Shown piece after piece: positions 29,776 through 36,736 of a DNA stretch of 64,000 bases (its first letter is position 1; every line of letters begins with the position of its first letter). The DNA lies in assembly GCA_963782055.1 (NCBI GenBank), contig CAWAIF010000003.1, positions 1,120,001 through 1,184,000 of the forward strand, written 5' to 3'. The DNA is from an uncultured delta proteobacterium (GTDB lineage Bacteria; Myxococcota_A; Polyangia; Polyangiales; Polyangiaceae). The translations under genes and the position numbers were made by a program. The notes under the pieces were generated by a model. That model saw nothing but the letters and a program-made list of their open reading frames with translations. It searched no databases and was not told where the DNA came from.

Positions 29776-29931
29776 TCACCGCGTGCCGGGTGACGGGGTC
29801 GCGGCGCTCCCAGCCGTCGCCGGAGCGGTCGTCGTGTGCTGGCGCCAGAGCATGTAGGTGCTCACCCCGCCGCCGACGAACACCAGGGCGACGCCGCCAA
29901 TGACCACCAGCAACACGCCGGCGATGATCAT
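29776..29931 (-). CDS. Possible 51-aa single-TM protein (below the ORF-track cutoff)
   Basis: ATG ATC ATC...TGA reading MIIAGVLLVVIGGVALVFVGGGVSTYMLWRQHTTTAPATAGSAATPSPGTR; could be a remnant. Confidence 0.35.
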   Translation of the reverse strand: MIIAGVLLVVIGGVALVFVGGGVSTYMLWRQHTTTAPATAGSAATPSPGTR

Positions 29932-30030
29932 GCGCCGAGGCTAGCTCCGCTCGTCGCGCCCGGGCAACGAGCATCGCCTGGCACGATTCGGCGTGGCCGA
30001 ATAGCGCACGCTGATCTAGAGTCCGGCCCG

Positions 30031-30306
30031 ATGAAAGCCCTGATCCTGATCGGTCTCCTGGCCGCGGTCGCGGCCGCGTGCAGCAGCACGTCCAGCCAAC
30101 CGGCCGGCGCCACCTGCTCCTCGAACAGCGAATGCGCCTCGGGCGAGTGCCTCGATCTGGCGGTGGTCAGCGACGGCGGATGCACCTCGGTGGGCAAGGC
30201 GTGCTCGAAGACCTGCCTGACCGACACCGACTGTGCGTCGCTGGGCCCCAAGTTCAAGTGCTTCGACGGCTGCGCAGGAACCAAATCGTGCGGGGCCACG
30301 CCCTGA
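30031..30306 (+). CDS. Small Cys-rich lipoprotein (91 aa)
   Basis: MKALILIGLLAAVAAAC lipobox; 'CSSNSECASGEC', 'CSKTCLTDTDC'. Confidence 0.75.
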   Translation: MKALILIGLLAAVAAACSSTSSQPAGATCSSNSECASGECLDLAVVSDGGCTSVGKACSKTCLTDTDCASLGPKFKCFDGCAGTKSCGATP

Positions 30307-30371
30307 GCCGCTCTGCGAGGAGCGTCGTGTTCTGCGTCCTCGAGAGGTGGACAGTCGCTTTCTGAGCGAGC

Positions 30372-30815
30372 TCAGCGTCGCGCAGCGTCACAGGCGCCGT
30401 CGACGCACACCGCCCGAAAGCTCTCGGCGCTCTCGGTCGGCTTGCAGAGGGCGTCGCACTTCGCGCACTTCACCTTCTTCGTCGCGCACTCGCCGCGCTC
30501 CCGCACGAGATCGACCTTGGTGATCGAGCGTGGCGGCACCGCGCAGCACGCGCAGCAGTCGGGGCTCGCGTTCGTCACGGTGCACTCGTCGTCGCGAGTG
30601 CACTGTCCCCCTCCACCTGGGTGGAGCTCGAGGGATGATGGATGCGGCAGCGGCGCGACCGCGGCGACCGCGGTCGCGGCGTCGACGGTCGCAGCGTCCG
30701 CCGAGCCGATGGATACGCTCATCGGCTCGGCGGGCCTAGGCTGGCACGCGATCAGCGTCGCCGAGAATGCGAGGAGCGAGGCGGGCGTGGCCCCGCTCGC
30801 AAGGCGCCATCTCAA
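30372..30815 (-). CDS. Cys-rich lipoprotein immediately downstream of the actin-like gene
   Basis: 'LLAFSATLIAC' lipobox; 'CTRDDEC...DCCACC...CAKCDALC...AVCVDGAC'; in-frame TTG at 30815 overlaps the actin TGA (or GTG at 30821); start uncertain. Confidence 0.6.
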   Translation of the reverse strand: MRWRLASGATPASLLAFSATLIACQPRPAEPMSVSIGSADAATVDAATAVAAVAPLPHPSSLELHPGGGGQCTRDDECTVTNASPDCCACCAVPPRSITKVDLVRERGECATKKVKCAKCDALCKPTESAESFRAVCVDGACDAARR

Positions 30816-32023
30816 GTGCACTTGTGGAGGACGACCGCCGGTCCCTGCTGCTGGTACTCCGCGCGCGTGATGTACATCGCGTCGAAGGTGCTGAGGCTCG
30901 CGAGGATGGACTCCCCGATGAAGACGGAGTTCGTCGCGTCGGCCGGCTGCACCACCTTTGTCGTCATCGCAGTCGGCGCCAGCGCCTTGACGCCCGCTTG
31001 CAGGCGCGCGCCGAGGCCGCGGTAGTGACCCAGGCGCCCGGCGATCACGATGTTGTTGTAGAGATCCTTCCGGATGTCGACGTCGCACTTCATGATGAAC
31101 TCGTAGACGAGCTTGTGGATCCCCTCCTGCTCCAAGCTGATTAACTGCGGCTCGAAGTACGCCTCCGGCGCCATGAAGCGCTCGGTGCCGACCGTGATGG
31201 TGCGGCCGCTGGAGAGCCGGAACGGACTGGCAGCGTGTTGTTCTTTCCTCGGATTCAGCGCGATGTAGCCGAACGTCTGGTCGAGACGTCGCTGGTCCGT
31301 CTCGTCGTTGGCGGGCACTCCGCGCGGGGCCTCGAGCGCCGACCAGCGCTTCAGGATGTCTGCCTCCCCGATGTCGAGCCTCAGCGCGGCGTGCGGCAAG
31401 GCGTATCCTTCGTAGATCGGCGCGACCCTCGTGATGTCGCGGTCTCCCTCGAGCACGACGCCCGTGGTCCGGCCCGAAGCGTACAGGGCGAGGACGGGCT
31501 CCTGCGCGACGTAGAAGGCCTGGGCACCAACCCCGTTGAAGATCGTGGTGGTCAGCCGCATCCGGACGGCCTTCGAGGTGAACAGTGGCTCGCTGACGAG
31601 GATGCGAGCGTTCGCGGGCGCCACCCCGAGCTTTCCAAGTACGTAGCGTACCAGCTGGCCGAACACTGCGAAGTTCGTGATGACCTGCTTCTGGATGGGG
31701 TACACGAGGCTGAGTTGTGCCCGGCGGGCGAGCGCGTCGTTCCCGAAGGCGACAGCGGTGCCGGAGCCCCTCGGCGCGCCGGCCACCGCCGGCACCACCA
31801 GGCGCGGAGCGGTGTCCCCGCCGATGCCCGCCTGGATCGTGTCGGAGTCGAGGGCCAGGATGACGTTGCGGACGGCGCCGTGCGGCGTCACCGGCCGCGG
31901 GCGCCCGATGGTGTTGGGTGGGAATGTCGGCGCCTGCACGACGGGAGCCGGCCCTGCGGAGGCGACCGCAGGCAGGGCAGTGACAGCGAGGGCGAGCAGG
32001 GCGAGGGTGGCGAGATGGCGCAT
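30812..32023 (-). CDS. Eukaryote-type actin homologue with N-terminal signal peptide (403 aa)
   Basis: Near-identical actin signatures LYASGRTTG, PIYEGYALPHA, ERF-x2-PEA-x-F, IMKCDVDIRKDLY, SILASLSTF, EY...GP...KC; GGAG RBS 5 nt before ATG; signal MRHLATLALLALAVTALPAVASA. Confidence 0.95.
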   Translation of the reverse strand: MRHLATLALLALAVTALPAVASAGPAPVVQAPTFPPNTIGRPRPVTPHGAVRNVILALDSDTIQAGIGGDTAPRLVVPAVAGAPRGSGTAVAFGNDALARRAQLSLVYPIQKQVITNFAVFGQLVRYVLGKLGVAPANARILVSEPLFTSKAVRMRLTTTIFNGVGAQAFYVAQEPVLALYASGRTTGVVLEGDRDITRVAPIYEGYALPHAALRLDIGEADILKRWSALEAPRGVPANDETDQRRLDQTFGYIALNPRKEQHAASPFRLSSGRTITVGTERFMAPEAYFEPQLISLEQEGIHKLVYEFIMKCDVDIRKDLYNNIVIAGRLGHYRGLGARLQAGVKALAPTAMTTKVVQPADATNSVFIGESILASLSTFDAMYITRAEYQQQGPAVVLHKCT

Positions 32024-32136
32024 CGGTGCTCCGGTTCGACGGACAGTGGGCGGCGGCATTCACCCCATCCTGGCGACATCGTACCCCACGACCACCGCGC
32101 CCCGCGCCGGAAAGGATGTATCCGAGGCCCAGGCCG

Positions 32137-32874
32137 TCATCCCCGCGAGCAACGCGCGGCGACGGCCTCCATCACCTCGATCGTGGACTCGACGAGCCAG
32201 AGATCGACGTTGGGGGTGCCTCCGTACAAGACCCCCTCGTCGTGGAGCACCAGGTACACCGGGGACTCGCCTGCGTCCCCGGGTCGGCGCAGGACACAGT
32301 GGAAGTCGGAGTCGATCCGGGCAACGGGAACCGCGATGGCCCCCGGACTCAGCTCGGGTGGCGGCTCGGAGAACTCGTCCAGCAGTGTCGCCAGCTCGTC
32401 GGAGAGCGCGCGGATCTCGTCCACATCACAGGTGACGAGATCCCTCCCGATGGCGAGGGATCCATGGCCCAGGAGCCTCCGGTGGCTCGGGGCGAGTCTG
32501 GCGCCGAGGCTACCTTCGAGGCGGTCGATCGCGGCAGCGTCGGCCGGCGTCCCCTCGCGGCGCAGCAGCTGGGCAACATCGCCGATGCGTGACCGAAGCG
32601 CATCCGCGTGTCCGGCCGTGCGCATCTGGTCCACCCACTGCACGGTGGCGGCCTCGAGTGCATCGAGGGACACCCCGGCGCCGAGCCGGGCGGCGCACTG
32701 CTGGGTGATGGCGTCGGGATCCCCAGCGGCGGCAGCGGCGTCTCGGGCCTGCGTCTCCAGACGGGCCATGCCGGCGGTCCCCGCGGCCCGACTCTCGGCC
32801 GCTCGTTCGGGCGACACGATCCCGGCTGCTGCCAGGAGGTCTGCCATCGACTTCTTCCTGCGCTCGTCGGCCAC
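32137..32874 (-). CDS. Protein with C-terminal SMI1/KNR4 (SUKH)-like domain
   Basis: 'PADAAAIDRLEGSLGARLAPSHRRLL' resembles the SUKH N-terminal motif; later 'VPVA...ESPVYLVLHD'. Confidence 0.6.
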   Translation of the reverse strand: MADERRKKSMADLLAAAGIVSPERAAESRAAGTAGMARLETQARDAAAAAGDPDAITQQCAARLGAGVSLDALEAATVQWVDQMRTAGHADALRSRIGDVAQLLRREGTPADAAAIDRLEGSLGARLAPSHRRLLGHGSLAIGRDLVTCDVDEIRALSDELATLLDEFSEPPPELSPGAIAVPVARIDSDFHCVLRRPGDAGESPVYLVLHDEGVLYGGTPNVDLWLVESTIEVMEAVAARCSRG

Positions 32875-33028
32875 GGGCTCGTCCTGACTTCAGGTCGCTG
32901 AGAGTGTGATGGCGTCCACCCCGAGGACGTGTGGGCGCATGGGAAATACTAGCGCGGTCGACCCGGCAGGCGAGGACGTTCCCGCGTACCATGAGGACCG
33001 CGTGGCAAACGGCAATGGGGAGCGATCG

Positions 33029-34285
33029 ATGAGCTGGCGAACGGTGGGCGGAGTGAGCGCGCTGGTCGCGGCGGCGCTCGGGGCGAGCTGCAAGCACCCT
33101 CCTCCCCCGGCTGCCGTGGACGCGGGGCCGGCGGCGAGCATCACGGCTGCGCCCGTCGCCACGCGCGAGTCGACGGCCAGCGCCGCGCCGCCGGTGCCGA
33201 CGCCTGCGGCCTCGGTGGCCCCCGCCACGCTGCCCGGGGACGCGGGCGCCGGAGCGTGCGCGCTCGTCTGGGGGCCGGCGAAGCTGGCGACGACGGGGCC
33301 GGTGGCGCTCGCGGCCACCGCGACCGGCGTCGATGTGGTGCAGAACGACAACGGGGCGGCGGTGCACGTGGCGTTCGCGCTGGGGAAGCTGGACCCGAAG
33401 GCGAAGCCGGTCGCGCCGCCCGCGCCGGCGGACGCTCGGCGCGTCTCGCGGCAGCCGTGCGCGCTCGCCGGGAGTGTTGCGTTCTGCACGGATCGGTCCG
33501 GCGGGGTGCACCGCGCGCCGGTCGGCGGGGGCGCCGGTCCAGTCGTCGGGCACGCGCGGCCGGGCGCGTGGGTGGCCGCGTCGCTCGTGGCGGGCAAGCC
33601 GGTGGTCGCCTTCCTGCGCGATCGCACGACGAGCGAGGGCAACACGCAGGAGGCGTACCTCGTCGACGCCGACGGCGCGGAGCAGCGGCTGTCGGAGGAC
33701 GGCAGCGGGGCAACGTTCGTGGCGCTCGCGCCGCGCGGGGAGGGCGCGATCGCGGTGTACGTCGACGCGCGCATGGCGATGTCGCCGGTGCACGCGCGCA
33801 CGGTCGCCGGGGCGAAGCCGGTGCTCGGCAAGGACGAGGTGCTCTTCATCGGCGGCAGCGCGGAGGCGACGACGCGCCTCGCGGTCGGCGTGCAGGCGGG
33901 CGGGCCGGCCTTCGCGCTGGTGCCCATCTCGCACGATCTGGCCTTCTCGCTCGCCATCGCGAGGATGGATGCCGGTCCCACGACGGACGCGCCGACGACG
34001 TGGTCGGACTACCCGAACGGGCTGGACCCGGCGCCCATCGCGGCGACGGCGGGCGCGAAGCGGGTGACGGTGGCCCGGGTGCGCCCGTCGGAGGCGCGGT
34101 TCGGCGCGCCGCGGGTGCTGGAGCTCGGACGCGTCGACGCGGGCGGCGGCTTCGCGCCGCTGGGCCTCGTGTCGACGCACGGCGCGGCGAGCCACGTGGC
34201 GATCGTGGAGGATCGCGGCGGAGGGATCGTGATCGGCTACACCGACGGCGCGGGGAGCTGGGTGGAGCGGAGGAGCTGCAAGTAG
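33029..34285 (+). CDS. Hypothetical beta-rich lipoprotein
   Basis: 'AALGASC' lipobox, Pro/Ala linker, beta-strand-rich body; strong GC3 bias. Confidence 0.7.
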   Translation: MSWRTVGGVSALVAAALGASCKHPPPPAAVDAGPAASITAAPVATRESTASAAPPVPTPAASVAPATLPGDAGAGACALVWGPAKLATTGPVALAATATGVDVVQNDNGAAVHVAFALGKLDPKAKPVAPPAPADARRVSRQPCALAGSVAFCTDRSGGVHRAPVGGGAGPVVGHARPGAWVAASLVAGKPVVAFLRDRTTSEGNTQEAYLVDADGAEQRLSEDGSGATFVALAPRGEGAIAVYVDARMAMSPVHARTVAGAKPVLGKDEVLFIGGSAEATTRLAVGVQAGGPAFALVPISHDLAFSLAIARMDAGPTTDAPTTWSDYPNGLDPAPIAATAGAKRVTVARVRPSEARFGAPRVLELGRVDAGGGFAPLGLVSTHGAASHVAIVEDRGGGIVIGYTDGAGSWVERRSCK

Positions 34286-34300
34286 AGAGAGAGGGGGGAT

Positions 34301-34458
34301 GCCCCTCCTCGCGTGTGCTCGGGCCCATGCTCGCTCGCGCGCGCGCCGGCCGATGGGTGCAGGGTGCACGGGCTCCGGCGCGCGCGCGAGCTTGCGCGTG
34401 GGCCCTGCGCGCACGCGTCCTCCCCACGATGTCGCGCTCCGCGCGCCATACGGGGAGG
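34301..34458 (+). repeat. ~160-bp extragenic hairpin repeat, family A copy 1
   Basis: Perfect 17-bp stem 34333-34349/34375-34391 with an outer GGGCCCA/TGGGCCC pair; homologous to 35284-35440 (-) and 58901-59032 (+). Confidence 0.9.
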
Positions 34459-34460
34459 AA

Positions 34461-35093
34461 GGTGTGTCCGACGTGCGGGCGGACGAAGTCGAGCACCGAG
34501 CGGCCGGCGCGGAAGCCGTGGGCGCACACGTGCAGCGGGACGTGCGCCAGGATGCCGTCGAGCAGCGCGCGCTGCAGCGCGCGCAGGCGTGGCTTGGGGA
34601 TCTCCAGCAGGCGCGCGCCGCCGCCGGGCTTCGGCAGCCAGCGGTACCGGTAGTGGCGCATGCGCTGCTCCGGGGCGAAGCGGGAGAGCCCGCGACGGTC
34701 GGCGAGCGCGTCGAGCTCGCGCACCTCCACGCCCAGGAACGTCGCAAGATCGCCGGTCGTGGGGATGGGCGGCACCTCGAAGAGCGTCGGCCGCATCCGG
34801 GGGATCCGGAAGAACGGGCGCTCCACGCGCAGGGCGTAATGCGGCAGGTCCTGCCACGCACGGCTCTCCGTCAGGGCGCGCGCGAGCGCGTCGCGGGCGT
34901 CGTGCGGCGGCGAGGGGAAGCGGCTGCGGGCGAAGCGGACCAGGCCGCGCAGCCCGCGCGGCCGCCTGTCCAGCGCGAGGGCGTCCTCCAGGCGGGCGAG
35001 CATCGCCTGCTCGTCCCAGTCGCCGGCAAGCATGGCGTCGGCGAGGCGTCTGGCGAGGAGGTCGGTCGTGAAAGAGCGTGCGGCGCGCGTCAA
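34461..35093 (-). pseudogene. 3'-truncated retron-type reverse transcriptase
   Basis: 'HYRYRWLPKPGGGARLLEIPKPRLRALQRALLDGIL...AHGFRAGRSVLDFVRPHVG', then reads into repeat A; no D-x-x-x-FF, YADD or VTG motifs; start TTG 35093 or ATG 35033. Confidence 0.85.
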
Positions 35094-35100
35094 CGAGACC

Positions 35101-35234
35101 CGTCGTGCACGAGCAGCACTGCGCCGCAGCCGCAGATCGGGCTCGTGCCATGAGATGCCCAAGTAAGGAGTTTCCCCCGGAGTAACCCCGGAGAGGCGAT
35201 GCGAATCGCCGGCTTGATCACGCGCCGCACGACG
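35101..35234 (-). ncRNA. Putative retron msr-msd RNA
   Basis: Terminal inverted repeat CGTCGTGC (35101-35108)/GCACGACG (35227-35234); short 5' hairpins; longer 3' hairpin 35107-35148; directly upstream of the RT. Confidence 0.65.
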
Positions 35235-35283
35235 TCAGTCTATTCGTATCTCCGTTCGAGGGAAGTACGAGGCCGGGCACCAC

Positions 35284-35440
35284 CCTCCCCGTGTGGCGCG
35301 CGGAGCGCGACACCGTGGGGAGGGCGGCCACGCGCAGGGCTCGCGCGCAAGCTCGCGTGCGCGCCGGAGCATGTGTAGTTTGCACATGGCGGCGGCGCGC
35401 GCGCGAGCGAGCACGAGCCCGAGCATGGCCGGGGAGGGGC
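35284..35440 (-). repeat. ~160-bp hairpin repeat, family A copy 2 (diverged)
   Basis: Reverse complement aligns with 34301-34458 over its length, with a different inner loop. Confidence 0.85.
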
Positions 35441-35442
35441 AG

Positions 35443-36675
35443 CTAATTCCCCACCAGACCCAGCCAGTACGTCTTGCTCGTCCCGAGGGTGCTCTCGATC
35501 CAGAAGGGCGACGCCCCGAAGGAGCTCTTCGCCAGCGCCTTGATCGTGAGGTTCAGCTTGTCGCCGTTCTGCCCCTGGCTCTGGTCGAAGGTGAACGAGA
35601 GCGCCGCGGCGCCGCCGAAGAAGGCGCTGGAGAGGTCCAGGGCCTTCACCGTCCAAGGGCCGCTCGTCGGGCCGTCGCTGTACAGGTCCAGCTCGATCGT
35701 CTTGGACTGGCCGATGGGGATCTTCACGCCGCGGTTCTGGAAGGAGCCGATGGGGGAGCCGATGACCGAGATGGTGTCGGGCAGGACGGGCGCCGAGTTG
35801 AAGTAGGGGCTCGGCGCGTCGGGCTCGCACGGGCCGTGGCCGGCCGCGGCCGACGCGTTGGACCACACGCGCTGCACCAGGTTGTCGACGCCCGTGGGGC
35901 GGTAGAAGGAGTCGGGGAAGTAGGCGCACACGTCGCCAATCTCCCCGCCGGCGAGGATGGCCCACGCCTTGTCGTCGATGTCGGTGTAGGCGGGCTTGTT
36001 GTTGGGGTACGGGTCCGTCGCCGCCTCGACGAACTCGTGCGACGCCTCGGCGGAGACCTGATCCATCGCGCTCGCCTGGCCCTGCGGCGGGCACCTCCCG
36101 ACGACCGTGTAGATGACCTCGGTGGTGCCATCCATCAGGTAGTCGCCGTGGTAGCCCTGGTAGTCGCTGCACAGGCTGCCGCCGCCCATGGTCACGTCGG
36201 TGCCCGTCGGGTAGTAGACGACGTAGAGGGTGTTGCCGTCCGGCTGGGGGAAGCCGTTGCCCGCCTTGATCTTCGCGGTGAGCCACGTCTGCACGTCGGT
36301 GTCGCTGAGCGACGCGGGGGGCGTCTCGGCGAGGTGCATCGGAGCGGTGGCGGTGAGCTCGCCCACGCCGTACTCCGAGACCGCGCCCGCCCAGTACGCC
36401 TTCGCCGCGACGAGCTGCGTGACGAAGTTGTCCAGGCTGGACTCGAGCGGATCGCCCTGGAAGGAGATGGGCACCAGCTTCGGCGCGGTCATCACCGGGC
36501 CGCCCTTGGTGACCGCCTTGGGCATCGGCGGGTGGTCGGCGGGGTACGCGCTCCCCGCGTCGCCGCCGCCGTCGTCGCCCGCGTCGGGCGTGCCGCCGTC
36601 GTCGGTGGGGGTGGACGCGCTGTCGCTGCACGCGACGAGCGCCATCGCGAGACCAAGGAAGAGGATGGAGCGCAT
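35443..36675 (-). CDS. Hypothetical lipoprotein with HExxExxTDP motif (Phi-1/EXORDIUM-like)
   Basis: Lipobox LVAC; 'GGPVM', 'GYHG', 'ASHEFVEAATDP', 'EIGDVC', 'VQRVWSN'. Confidence 0.7.
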   Translation of the reverse strand: MRSILFLGLAMALVACSDSASTPTDDGGTPDAGDDGGGDAGSAYPADHPPMPKAVTKGGPVMTAPKLVPISFQGDPLESSLDNFVTQLVAAKAYWAGAVSEYGVGELTATAPMHLAETPPASLSDTDVQTWLTAKIKAGNGFPQPDGNTLYVVYYPTGTDVTMGGGSLCSDYQGYHGDYLMDGTTEVIYTVVGRCPPQGQASAMDQVSAEASHEFVEAATDPYPNNKPAYTDIDDKAWAILAGGEIGDVCAYFPDSFYRPTGVDNLVQRVWSNASAAAGHGPCEPDAPSPYFNSAPVLPDTISVIGSPIGSFQNRGVKIPIGQSKTIELDLYSDGPTSGPWTVKALDLSSAFFGGAAALSFTFDQSQGQNGDKLNLTIKALAKSSFGASPFWIESTLGTSKTYWLGLVGN

Positions 36676-36736
36676 CACGTCAGGATAGAGGGAACGCCCG
36701 AAGATGGAAGAGCTCCCGGCCGCGAGCGCCGCCGGC

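Noticed and set aside
30812..32023. MreB/FtsA/ParM, or eukaryotic contamination
   Set aside because: Signatures are those of conventional actin, yet the gene is GC-rich, intron-less, has an RBS and signal peptide, and overlaps a bacterial-type lipoprotein ORF; a chimera can only be fully excluded with reads
33846..34460. C-terminal half of the 438-aa ORF as real RT sequence
   Set aside because: It is read-through into repeat A and the antisense strand of the neighbouring lipoprotein gene
34461..35093. Group II intron or DGR reverse transcriptase
   Set aside because: Motifs and the short a1/a2-bounded upstream RNA fit retrons; no intron domain V/VI or TR/VR pair was noticed
34301..35440. Composite transposon or MITE carrying the RT between terminal inverted repeats
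   Set aside because: The inverted arrangement is explained by each copy following the stop of a convergent gene; the copies are diverged, and no target duplication or transposase is seen
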